From contig CAWJIM010000019.1 of NCBI GenBank assembly GCA_963842945.1, positions 320,001 to 384,000 on the forward strand: a DNA stretch of 64,000 nucleotides, read 5' to 3'. Positions 20,546-29,704 of the stretch are shown here, one piece after another (the first letter of the stretch is position 1; each line of letters opens with the position of its first letter). The position numbers and the translations under genes are program-made. The notes below the pieces were generated by a model. The model ran no database searches. It had not been told where the DNA came from and worked only from the letters and a program-made list of their open reading frames with translations. Source of the DNA: an uncultured Gemmatimonadales bacterium (GTDB taxonomy: Bacteria > Gemmatimonadota > Gemmatimonadetes > Gemmatimonadales > GWC2-71-9).

Positions 20546-21888
20546 GACGTCGCGGCTTCCAGCGACTGCTTCAGAACGTCGAGACCCTCCTTCAGCACGG
20601 CTTCCGGCGTGGTGAGCGGGGCCAGAAGTCTGATCGTGTTCCCGTACGTGCCAGCCGCCAGCAGAATCAGACCGCGCTGCATCGCTGCCGAAAGCACGGC
20701 CTGAGTCAGCTCGGGATTTGGCGCCTTGCTTCTGCGATCCCGCACCAGCTCCATCGCCATCATCGCGCCCAGGCCTCGGACATCCCCGATGACCTCGTGC
20801 TCGGTGACCCACCGGCAGAAGCGCGAACGGATCTGCTCACCCATCCGCGAGGCCAGGCCGACCAGGTCCTCGGCTTCCATGGCGTCAATGACGGCGAGTG
20901 CCGCCGCACACGCGAGAGGATTGCCGCCATAGGTCCCTCCCAGCCCACCCACCTGGGGCGCATCCATCACCTCGGCCCGGCCAGTTACCGCAGCCAGCGG
21001 GAACCCGCCTGCCAGCGACTTTGCGGTGACGATGATGTCCGGTATCAGGTCGTAATGCTCGCTGGCGAACAGCTTTCCGGTGCGGCCGAACCCGGTCTGG
21101 ATTTCATCGGCAATGAACAGGATGCCGTGCTCCCGGGCGAAGGCGGCCAGCTCGCTCACGTACTCCTTCGGTGCCGGAACGAATCCCCCTTCACCCAGCT
21201 GCAACTCCATGACTACGGCGGCAACCGACTGGGGATCCACGATGGCCGCGAACATTTCCTCCAGCCTGGGCCGGCTCGCCTGACAACACCTCCCGGCATC
21301 ACCGGCGTGCCGTGCCTCAGGGCAGCGATAACAATAAGGAAAGGGAATGCGGTAGACCTCAGGGGCAAACGGCCCGAAACCCTTCTTGTAGGGGCTCACC
21401 TTCGAGGTGAGCGCCATGGCCAGGTTGGTCCGGCCGTGGAAGGCATGTTCGAAGCACACCAGCGCCGGCCGGCCGCTGAAATGGCGGGCGACTTTGACCG
21501 CGTTCTCGATCGCCTCAGCTCCGCTGTTGAGCAGGAACGTCTTCTTCGGGTGGGTGCCCGGAGTTATCCGGTTCAGCCGTTCGGCGAGTCGGACGTAGGG
21601 CTCGTAGGTTGACACCGGAAAGCAGACGTGGGCAAAACGATCCAGTTGGCTCCGAACCGCCTCCACCACTCCGGGATGGCGATGTCCAGTGTTCACCACT
21701 CCGATGCCACCGGCAAAGTCTATCAGGCGGTTCCCATCGGCATCGGTGATCACGGCCCCCTCGGCATGGACCACTGCGATGGGAGTCACGGCCGGCACTC
21801 CCCGTGGAACCGCGGCAGCCCGGCGCTCGAGGAGGGCCCGACTGGCCGGTCCTGGTATCTCGGTTCGCAGCTGAATGACGGGAGACAT
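20542..21888 (-). CDS. gabT: 4-aminobutyrate aminotransferase
   Basis: DFAGGIGV, FHGRT, GEGGF, DEIQTGFGRTG, AKSLAGG, GGLGGTYGGNP. Confidence 0.9.
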   Translation of the reverse strand: MSPVIQLRTEIPGPASRALLERRAAAVPRGVPAVTPIAVVHAEGAVITDADGNRLIDFAGGIGVVNTGHRHPGVVEAVRSQLDRFAHVCFPVSTYEPYVRLAERLNRITPGTHPKKTFLLNSGAEAIENAVKVARHFSGRPALVCFEHAFHGRTNLAMALTSKVSPYKKGFGPFAPEVYRIPFPYCYRCPEARHAGDAGRCCQASRPRLEEMFAAIVDPQSVAAVVMELQLGEGGFVPAPKEYVSELAAFAREHGILFIADEIQTGFGRTGKLFASEHYDLIPDIIVTAKSLAGGFPLAAVTGRAEVMDAPQVGGLGGTYGGNPLACAAALAVIDAMEAEDLVGLASRMGEQIRSRFCRWVTEHEVIGDVRGLGAMMAMELVRDRRSKAPNPELTQAVLSAAMQRGLILLAAGTYGNTIRLLAPLTTPEAVLKEGLDVLKQSLEAATS

Positions 21889-22055
21889 CACACCTCTGCT
21901 GGAATAGCTGAAGAGCGGACGCGAGATCCGGAGATTATCGTGGGCCGGGGCGGGGCGTAAGAGGGTACGGCTTTTCTGGTACCCGGTGCACTGGACTGCA
22001 GCGGCCTTTTTCGGGGCGTTCCCTTCAACTCGTTCCTGAGTAATAAGTTGCCTAG

Positions 22056-22071
22056 TGGCATAGAGATACCA
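22056..22071. promoter_or_regulatory. Imperfect palindrome, MocR/GabR-like box
   Basis: TGGCAT-N4-ATACCA between divergent gabT and dehydrogenase genes. Confidence 0.35.
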
Positions 22072-22100
22072 ATCTGCACACCTGCCAGTGGCAGTGTGAC

Positions 22101-22258
22101 GAGGGGGCTGGACAGGGGGTGGGGGGCCGGAGCTACTATGGCTGAGTACCAGCCCCCTCTTCGGGGGTGCGTACGTTTGCATCCTCCGACCAAGCGGAGG
22201 GTCCACTCTCACAGCTGACGATCTCCTTGAGCTGTGAGCCCCCATCAGCGGCGGGGGC
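22101..22258 (+). promoter_or_regulatory. Structured 5' leader candidate with 26-aa uORF
   Basis: Several stems including an 11-bp perfect pair; uORF 22138-22218. Confidence 0.4.
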
Positions 22259-22328
22259 GAGGTTCCGCAGGCGGATGTTGCCGACGGGGCCAGACCGAGT
22301 GCCGCACCAACAATGAAAAGAGGAGTTT

Positions 22329-23561
22329 GTGAGAGTCCTGCTCCTGGGTGCCGGCGCGGTGGGGACCGTGTCCGCCCTCAAATTCGCGAAGGAGGCGATG
22401 CTCGAGAAACTCGTCATCGCCGATGCAGTGGCCGCTCGCGCCTCAGTTCTCGCGGACCGGCTCAACGATTCGAGGGTTACGGCAGTAGAGCTCCACGCGG
22501 GCAACCGAGACGCCGTAGCCAATGTCATTCGAGAAACCAGTACTACGCTTCTCTTGAACGCGGCGCTTCCCGCGACCAACCTCGCTGTGATGCGGGCCTG
22601 CCTGGATGCAGGCTGCGATTACATCGATCTTGCCAGCGCGGGAACGGACGCGGACGGCATCCCCAAGATGGATGACCAGTTTGCGCTCGGGGCCGAGTTC
22701 AAGGCCGCCGGCCGGCTCGCCCTCCTGGGCATGGGCGCCGACCCCGGCACCACGAATGTCTATGCCGCCTACGCGGCCAAGCACCTGCTCGATGTGGTCT
22801 CCGAACTGCGGGTGCGGGACGGCGACAACGCCGTATGCCAGGGAAGCAGCGGCCTTATCGCGGCGTTCAGTCCCTGGGTCATGATCGATGAATGTCTGTG
22901 CCAGGCGGTGTCTTACCGGGCAGGGCGCTACTGCCTGGAGGAGCCGCTGAGCGGAGAGGAGCCGTTCGATTTCCCGGAGCTGGGAGTCTTGAGCTGCTAC
23001 TATGTGGACCATGAGGAATCCAAGACGCTGCCCCGGTTCTTTCCCCAGGCGCGGGTCATCGACTTCAAGTTGTGCATGGATGAGCTGACCGTCGAGACGC
23101 TGCAGGTCATCAAGCGTCTGGGGCTCTCCCGCACCGATCAAGTGAAAGTCGGCGAGGCCAGCGTGGCCCCTCGCGACCTGCTGGTCTCACTGCTTCCCCA
23201 GCCCAAGGATCTGGCCGGGCGGCTGCGGGGCAAGACCTGCGTCGGCACCCTGGCCCGAGGCTACAAGAACAACGAGCCAAAGGCCTACTTTGTCTATAAT
23301 GTGAGCGATCACGAAGCGACCTATCGTGAGCTCGGCGTGCAGGCCACGGCGTACCAGACCGGAATTCCGCCGGTCATCGCCGCACGTCTGATCTCCACCG
23401 GAGTCTGGAAGGGAACCGGCGTGATGTCTCCCGAGCAGTTCGACCCCGACCCCTTCCTGGAGCAGCTGGCCAAAGAGGGGATGCCTTGGCAGGTGCGGGA
23501 TGATTCCCAGCGTCTTGGCGTTCCGCGCGGTCGCCCATCCCGCGAGATCGCAGCGGCCTAG
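22329..23561 (+). CDS. Saccharopine-dehydrogenase family, carboxy(nor)spermidine dehydrogenase-like
   Basis: GAGAVG, GMGADPGTTNVYAAYA, HEE, QATAYQTGIP, FDPDPF; AGGAG SD. Confidence 0.85.
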   Translation: MRVLLLGAGAVGTVSALKFAKEAMLEKLVIADAVAARASVLADRLNDSRVTAVELHAGNRDAVANVIRETSTTLLLNAALPATNLAVMRACLDAGCDYIDLASAGTDADGIPKMDDQFALGAEFKAAGRLALLGMGADPGTTNVYAAYAAKHLLDVVSELRVRDGDNAVCQGSSGLIAAFSPWVMIDECLCQAVSYRAGRYCLEEPLSGEEPFDFPELGVLSCYYVDHEESKTLPRFFPQARVIDFKLCMDELTVETLQVIKRLGLSRTDQVKVGEASVAPRDLLVSLLPQPKDLAGRLRGKTCVGTLARGYKNNEPKAYFVYNVSDHEATYRELGVQATAYQTGIPPVIAARLISTGVWKGTGVMSPEQFDPDPFLEQLAKEGMPWQVRDDSQRLGVPRGRPSREIAAA

Positions 23562-23594
23562 CACATCGGCTCAGTACGAAAAGAAGGGGGAACC

Positions 23595-25094
23595 ATGACG
23601 ACCACGGCTCGGGTGCACGGGCCGGCGAAGAAGTCGCCTGTCACCCGCTATCAGATGTACATCGATGGCCGTTTCGTCGATGGACAGGACGGCCAGACTC
23701 TGGAGGTGTACGATCCTTCCACCGAGGAGGCCATCGCCACCGTCCCCGCCGGTAAGGCTGGGGACGTAGACCGGGCGGCCCAGGCCGCGACCCGGGCGTT
23801 TTATCAGGGATGGAAAGGTGTCACGGCTCAGGAACGGGGCCGAATTCTCTTTCGCCTGGCAGAACGGGTGCGGGCGCGGCGGACGGAACTGGCCGAGCTG
23901 GAGACCCGGAACACGGGGAAGCCGATTACCGAGTCTGAATACGACATGGACGATACGGCGACGTGCTTCGAGTACTACGGCGGCCTAGCCACCAAGATCA
24001 ATGGCGAGGTGCTGCCGGTTCCCGCCGAGGCGGTCGCGTTCGCCATGCGAGAGCCCGTGGGCGTGGCCGGTCAAATCATCCCCTGGAACTATCCCCTGCT
24101 GATGGCGGCCTGGAAGATCGGACCGGCGCTGGCGGCGGGCTGCACGGTGGTGCTCAAACCGGCCGAACAGACGCCCCTGTCCATTCTGGAGCTGGCCCGG
24201 GATTTTGAAGGGCTGGGACTGCCGCCGGGCGTGGTAAACATCGTCACCGGTGACGGACCCGGTGCCGGAGCCCCCCTGGTGGCTCATCCCGCGGTGCGCA
24301 AGATCGCCTTCACCGGCAGCGCAGAGGTGGGCAAGAGCATCATGCGGAACGCAGCCGATCAGCTCAAGCGGGTCTCCCTCGAGCTGGGCGGCAAGTCTCC
24401 CAACATCTTCTTCAGCGACGCCGATTTTGAGAACGCGGTGGACGGCGCGCTCTTCGGTACCTTCATCAACCAGGGTGAGGTCTGCTCCGCCGGCAGCAGG
24501 GTGCTGGTGCAGCGGGACATCTATAAGAAGTTCGTCGACGCTGCCACGGCCAAGGCCAAAACCATCAAGCTTGGTCCGGGACTGGACCGGGAAACCAAAA
24601 TGGGTCCCCTCGTCAGCGCCGAGCAGCGGGACCGGGTCGCAGGGTACCTCGATATCGGTCGAAAGGAGGCGAAGGTGGCGGTCGGCGGCGGCAAGCCGAA
24701 ACAGTTTGACAAGGGCTGGTATATCGAGCCGACCATCTTCTACGACGTGGACAACTCGGCCACCATCGCGCAGGAGGAGATCTTCGGTCCGGTGATGAGT
24801 GTGATCCCCTTCAACGACGAGGCCGAAGCAATCCGAATTGCCAACGCGACACCTTACGGCCTGGCGGCAGCAGTGTGGACCCGCGACATCTTCAAGGCCT
24901 TTCGAGTGGTCAAAGCCCTGGAGGCCGGGATTGTCTGGGTCAACCACATGCAGCCCACCTTCGTGGAAGCCCCGTGGGGCGGCTACAAGGCGTCAGGTTT
25001 CGGGCGGGAGCTAGGGCACTGGGGGGTCGAGGAGTACCTCGAGACCAAACAGGTCTTCATCAATCTCGATGAGAAGCCCATAGGCTGGTATTAG
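23595..25094 (+). CDS. Aminoaldehyde/betaine-aldehyde-type aldehyde dehydrogenase
   Basis: PWNYP, LELGGKSP, GEVCSAG, EEIFGPV. Confidence 0.92.
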   Translation: MTTTARVHGPAKKSPVTRYQMYIDGRFVDGQDGQTLEVYDPSTEEAIATVPAGKAGDVDRAAQAATRAFYQGWKGVTAQERGRILFRLAERVRARRTELAELETRNTGKPITESEYDMDDTATCFEYYGGLATKINGEVLPVPAEAVAFAMREPVGVAGQIIPWNYPLLMAAWKIGPALAAGCTVVLKPAEQTPLSILELARDFEGLGLPPGVVNIVTGDGPGAGAPLVAHPAVRKIAFTGSAEVGKSIMRNAADQLKRVSLELGGKSPNIFFSDADFENAVDGALFGTFINQGEVCSAGSRVLVQRDIYKKFVDAATAKAKTIKLGPGLDRETKMGPLVSAEQRDRVAGYLDIGRKEAKVAVGGGKPKQFDKGWYIEPTIFYDVDNSATIAQEEIFGPVMSVIPFNDEAEAIRIANATPYGLAAAVWTRDIFKAFRVVKALEAGIVWVNHMQPTFVEAPWGGYKASGFGRELGHWGVEEYLETKQVFINLDEKPIGWY

Positions 25095-25290
25095 GAAGTC
25101 GTGAGTCAGCAGCCGCCGGTCGCCAGACTATCAGATGGGATGGCGACTCTCACCTGGCGGCTGTCGACTGATGACTGACGACTGAGAAGCAGTTGCACTT
25201 GCGCAACGATGGGTCGCCACTACCCCCCTGCAATTCCTGGCACAACCGCTCCAGACAATTGCGACGCAACAGCTTCGACTGGTGCAACTC

Positions 25291-25306
25291 GGGCACGATG
25301 CTCGCA
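25291..25306 (+). promoter_or_regulatory. Sigma54-like -24/-12 promoter
   Basis: GGGCACGATGCTCGCA with GG-N10-GC spacing. Confidence 0.45.
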
Positions 25307-25364
25307 TTCCCCGCCTGTCCGTCGTGGTCGCGCAGGCTCATTCTACCATCCCACAATCCAAAAC

Positions 25365-26747
25365 GTGAATCCTCTCGCTCCGAGTGAGAATCAGCTGCGC
25401 AACGTTCGGATCGAGGATCTGCTCGGCCGCCCCCCAGTCAATCTGGATCTCTCAACCGCGCGGGCGGATTTGCAGGGTCGGGTCATTCTCCTGACCGGGG
25501 CCGCCGGATCGATTGGTTCCGAGCTAGCCCGTCAGATCATGCCCTTTCGCCCGGCCCGCCTGGTGCTGCTGGATCAGTCTGAGAGCGACCTGTATTTCGT
25601 TCACCTGGAGCTCAAGGAATCTCATCCTCAGGTGGAGCTGGTTCCAGTCATCTGCGACATCACCAATCAGAGCCGGCTGGCCCAGGTCTACGCCCAGTTT
25701 CGCCCGGAATACGTCATCCATGCTGCGGCGTACAAGCATGTGCCGCTGATGGAGGCCAACGTGCTCGAGGCGGTGCGCAACAACGTCCTCGGCACTCTGC
25801 TCGTCGCCACCAATGCGGTGCGCTATGGCGCCACCAAGATGCTGCTGGTCTCGACCGACAAGGCGATTCGGCCCTCCAGCGTCATGGGCGCCACCAAACG
25901 GGTGGCTGAACGGATCATCTTCGGCCTGCCCAATCTCCACCGGTACGGGACCGACTTCAGGGCGGTGCGCTTTCGTAATGTGCTGGCCTCCAAGGGAAGC
26001 GTCATCCCCTTGTTCGAGCGCCAGCTGGCGGCAGGCGGGCCGATCACCGTCACCCATCCGGACGTCCAGCGCTACTTCATGACCATCCCGGAAGCGGCCC
26101 AGCTGGTGCTCCAGGCGGGATCGCTGGGAGAGACGGCCGGCGCGATTGCGATGCTGGAGATGGGGGAGCCGGTCCGAATTCTCGACCTGGCCGAGAAGCT
26201 CGTCCGCTTTTCCGGTCGGGTTCCCGGCAAAGACATTCAGATCGTGTTCACCGGTCTCCGTCCCGGCGAGAAGCTGCGCGAGGAGGAGATCTCGACCCTC
26301 GAGGCCACGGTACCGACCTCTGCCGAAAAAATTCGGATCAGTCAGACTACGGAAATCGCAGGGCCCGAGCTGGTCCAAAAGCTCAGCCGGCTCTTCGCCT
26401 TCCTCGAAGCTGGAGACCGCGAGGGTCTGCTCACCACGCTGTGCGAGCTGGTACCCGAGTGCGTGCCGCCCCTGCGCCAGTTTCTCTCAGCACCCTTCGC
26501 AGCCCGCGTCGATTCTGTGGGCACCCAGACCTGGCCGGCGCTAGTCGGTTCCAGTGAGACTTACCGGTGCGAGCGCCGGCGAGTCGCTGGCTTGGTATCA
26601 GAGCCTTCCGAACTTCGGTTGACGAACCGGCGGGAGGGAGTCGCATGCCGCCGTAAGACCCCTCGCACGGGTGGGCGCCGGCGCACGGACCTAGGTGTGC
26701 TGCGGGATCCCCTCGGGCCGCCTCGCAGGCAGCCGGTTGAACGGTGA
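25365..26747 (+). CDS. CapD/PglF-type nucleotide-sugar 4,6-dehydratase, catalytic domain only
   Basis: IEDLLGR, TGAAGSIG, HAAAYKHVP, STDKA, MGATK, RYFMTIPEA, GLRPGEKL; start uncertain. Confidence 0.88.
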   Translation: MNPLAPSENQLRNVRIEDLLGRPPVNLDLSTARADLQGRVILLTGAAGSIGSELARQIMPFRPARLVLLDQSESDLYFVHLELKESHPQVELVPVICDITNQSRLAQVYAQFRPEYVIHAAAYKHVPLMEANVLEAVRNNVLGTLLVATNAVRYGATKMLLVSTDKAIRPSSVMGATKRVAERIIFGLPNLHRYGTDFRAVRFRNVLASKGSVIPLFERQLAAGGPITVTHPDVQRYFMTIPEAAQLVLQAGSLGETAGAIAMLEMGEPVRILDLAEKLVRFSGRVPGKDIQIVFTGLRPGEKLREEEISTLEATVPTSAEKIRISQTTEIAGPELVQKLSRLFAFLEAGDREGLLTTLCELVPECVPPLRQFLSAPFAARVDSVGTQTWPALVGSSETYRCERRRVAGLVSEPSELRLTNRREGVACRRKTPRTGGRRRTDLGVLRDPLGPPRRQPVER

Positions 26748-26754
26748 TTCCGGT

Positions 26755-27708
26755 ATGGCAGGCGGATTAAGAGTTATTCTCATTGCCGACCAGCCGGCCG
26801 GCGTGGAAGCTCTCCGCATGCTGAGCGCAACACACCACCAGGTAGTGGCGGTGATGACGCGCGAGGCCAGCGCCCACGGAGCCACGGTCGCCGGCGTCGC
26901 CTCGCGACTGGGTTACCCGCTCTGGCCCGCACGGCAGGCGAGAGAACCCGGCTTCGGGAAGGTCATCAGGGCCCAACGGATAGATTTGGTCCTCAACGTC
27001 CTGTCCTCGCATGTCCTGCCCTACGAGGTGGTGACCGCTCCCCGGATCGGGAGCTTCAACCTTCACCTCGGCCCCCTCCCCACCTATGCGGGACTTCATG
27101 CGCCCAATTGGGCCATCTACCAGGGTAAGCGCAATCATGCGGTGACGCTCCACTGGATGGACGAGGGCGTCAACACGGGTCCAATTGCCTATACCGCTGA
27201 GCTTCCGATCGATCAGGACGACACTGGTCTCACACTTAGTGCCAAATGCGTACGAGCCGGTCTTCCCTTGCTCCACGACCTGCTTGCCGCAGCGGTACGA
27301 GGAGAGGCGCCCCGGCAGCCCCAACTCGGGGTCAGGCGTCATCACGGTCAGGGAGTGCCGCACGAAGGCCGGCTGATCTGGAGTGACGCGGCCGTCGGGA
27401 TAGTGAACTTCGTGAGGGCTTGCGACTACTTCCCGTTTGCTTCACCCTGGGGGTCGCCCCGCGCCTATCTCACTGGACGCGAGATCGTGGTCCTGAAAGC
27501 CACCCTGACCGGTGAGCCCACTGATGCCCCACCGGGAACCGTCGGCCGTCATGTCGACACCGATGTCCTCGTCGCTGCACGGGACCAGTGGGTACGGGTT
27601 CGACGAGTCCGGCTGGGCAGCTCGAGTTTTTCCCCAGTTGATGTACTCAGAGAGGGTGAACGCTTCGCCCTTCCACGTCCATCCCTATCGGTTCCCCAGC
27701 CCCAATAA
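26755..27708 (+). CDS. Formyltransferase (Fmt/ArnA-N fold), probably sugar N-formyltransferase
   Basis: FNLH..PLP.YAG, VTLHWMDEGVNTGPI, C-terminal formyltransferase domain. Confidence 0.8.
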   Translation: MAGGLRVILIADQPAGVEALRMLSATHHQVVAVMTREASAHGATVAGVASRLGYPLWPARQAREPGFGKVIRAQRIDLVLNVLSSHVLPYEVVTAPRIGSFNLHLGPLPTYAGLHAPNWAIYQGKRNHAVTLHWMDEGVNTGPIAYTAELPIDQDDTGLTLSAKCVRAGLPLLHDLLAAAVRGEAPRQPQLGVRRHHGQGVPHEGRLIWSDAAVGIVNFVRACDYFPFASPWGSPRAYLTGREIVVLKATLTGEPTDAPPGTVGRHVDTDVLVAARDQWVRVRRVRLGSSSFSPVDVLREGERFALPRPSLSVPQPQ

Positions 27709-27963
27709 GCAGGACTTTCCGACCCTATCCGCCCAACACGCGCTGCGGCGTGCTGCGACGGTCGAGGGCATGCGCCTTGCCCCTGTCCGCGGCAACCGAC
27801 ACTTCGGATTCAGCAGAGACTCCGTGCGACGGTCTCTTCGCTCATTACCCGAATGCAAAAAATGGCAGACCGGACGAGCCTGATGTGGTATCGCGGACCA
27901 TTCGCTGTTGCACGGCAGTGGCTCCGTGGCTCACGGGCAACAGTCACCCGAGGAAGGTGCCGT

Positions 27964-28104
27964 ATGTCCAGCCCCCGCCGTCTCGACTCGATTCTTCTCT
28001 GCTCTGCCGTCGCCTTGGTCGGCGCTGCCATTGGCTACCGAGGCGACAGGAATCCGCTCGAGCTTTATCTGGGCGCGGTACGCCCGGCCGCGGTTACCCG
28101 GTGA
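27964..28104 (+). CDS. 46-aa single-TM peptide
   Basis: GAGGAAGG SD; hydrophobic ILLCSAVALVGAAIG. Confidence 0.45.
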   Translation: MSSPRRLDSILLCSAVALVGAAIGYRGDRNPLELYLGAVRPAAVTR

Positions 28105-28198
28105 GCACACTGGTCCCCGGACCTTTGCCGTTGTCCAGCCAGCCGGCCCGGGGGCCTCGGCGCAGGCGCCCCGCGGGGCCGCCGCCGCCGCTCCGCCG

Positions 28199-29617
28199 GT
28201 GAACACTCTTCTGGAGCAACTGGCGCGGAGCCTCGAGCAGCACGGGGTGGCGTACTGCCAGTGGAAGGGGCACTGGAGTGCACACCGCTGGGCCACGGGG
28301 CACGGGGACGTTGATTTGCTGGTCGACCATGAGGCTCTCACCACGTTCCGCCGGCTCGCAGAGGAACTGGGATTCAAGCTGGCTCGTCCGGCAGCGGGAC
28401 GTGAGATCGCCGGAGTCGAGACCTACTTTGGCCACGATCCGCAGATCAATCGACTGCTGCACTTGCATGTTCACTATCGGCTGTTGCTGGGCGACTACTG
28501 GAAGCCTGTCTACCGCCTCCCAATCGAGCGTCACCTGCTGCGGCGAACCGTGCAGGGCTCGGTGTTCCGCATACCCAATCCGACCGATCAGTACCTGGTG
28601 TTTGTCCTGCGAATGATGCTGCGCCAGGTTGGTCGCCCTCTGCTGTCAGCCCAGACTGTCTGGACCAGCGGCATTCGGATTCAACTGGCGGCCCTGGAGG
28701 CGGCCAGTGACCGGAGCGAGCTGGCCAGCGTGCTTCGGGAACATCTTCGACCACTTGATCTGCCCTTTTTCGAGCGGTGCGTGCGCTCACTAGAGGGCGG
28801 ATGTGGCGTTGTGGAGCGTGCGATTCTGCCCTGGCAGCTGCACCGAGGCCTTCGCGCTCTGGCCCGTCCAACGCCGGCCATGGCGCTGATCCCGGCCGCC
28901 GTCGAAAAGATCTTCCCCGAGTCGATCGCCCAAAAACTCTGTGAGCGGCGCATGTGGCTGGCAGGGGGTGGTTTGGTTTTCGCGCTCAGCGGTGGAGACG
29001 GTGCCGGAAAGTCGACCTGTGCCCGTGAGCTGGCCGGCTGGCTTGCCCCGGCATTCCCGACGATGCGAGCGCACCTGGGCAAGCCACCGCGTTCGCTGCT
29101 CACCTTGCTCGTCGGTGGAGCGCTCAGGCTCCAGCACTGGATGCATCGCCAGCTGAGCCGCCCCAGCCGGCCCAACAGTGCCACCGAGCTGCTGAGTCAT
29201 GTCTGCACGGCAAGAGATCGGTTCCGGCTGTATCAGAAGGTCCGTCGGTTTGCGGTGAGCGGCGGGATTGCGGTCTGCGAGCGCTACCCGGTTCCGCAGA
29301 ACCGCAAGCTCGTGGGCCCCTGCATCCCGGAGTTGCTCCCGGCGAACCCGGGCTGGTTGGCCAACCTGCTCCGCCAGGTCGAGGCTTCCTATTACGATCG
29401 CATCCTGCTGCCTGATGCGTTGGTGGTGTTGAGACTCGATCCCGAGCTGGCGGTTCTCCGCAAGCCGGAGGAGCCGGCTGAGTACGTGCGCGCCCGCGGC
29501 CGGATCATCTGGGAAACAGACTGGAGCGCTACCGGAGCCTACGTGGTCGACGCAAGCCGTCCGTTGGAAGAGGTGATAGGAGGCCTCAAAGCCATCGTCT
29601 GGTCTCTGCTTTGCTGA
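28199..29617 (+). CDS. Nucleotidyltransferase-like + thymidylate-kinase-like fusion
   Basis: GDVDLLV NTase motif; GGDGAGKST P-loop, ERY motif; start uncertain. Confidence 0.75.
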   Translation: MNTLLEQLARSLEQHGVAYCQWKGHWSAHRWATGHGDVDLLVDHEALTTFRRLAEELGFKLARPAAGREIAGVETYFGHDPQINRLLHLHVHYRLLLGDYWKPVYRLPIERHLLRRTVQGSVFRIPNPTDQYLVFVLRMMLRQVGRPLLSAQTVWTSGIRIQLAALEAASDRSELASVLREHLRPLDLPFFERCVRSLEGGCGVVERAILPWQLHRGLRALARPTPAMALIPAAVEKIFPESIAQKLCERRMWLAGGGLVFALSGGDGAGKSTCARELAGWLAPAFPTMRAHLGKPPRSLLTLLVGGALRLQHWMHRQLSRPSRPNSATELLSHVCTARDRFRLYQKVRRFAVSGGIAVCERYPVPQNRKLVGPCIPELLPANPGWLANLLRQVEASYYDRILLPDALVVLRLDPELAVLRKPEEPAEYVRARGRIIWETDWSATGAYVVDASRPLEEVIGGLKAIVWSLLC

Positions 29618-29704
29618 TGTAAAGCGGACCGCTTCTCGCATTCCCCCCGCTGTTCGGGGTGCGGGCTGTTGCGAAGCCCCGATTTTCCCCGTTTGTTTCG
29701 AACG

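Noticed and set aside
26755..27708. Calling this gene fmt (Met-tRNA formyltransferase)
   Set aside because: Lacks the FMGTP start and HxSLLP motif, and sits beside a sugar dehydratase
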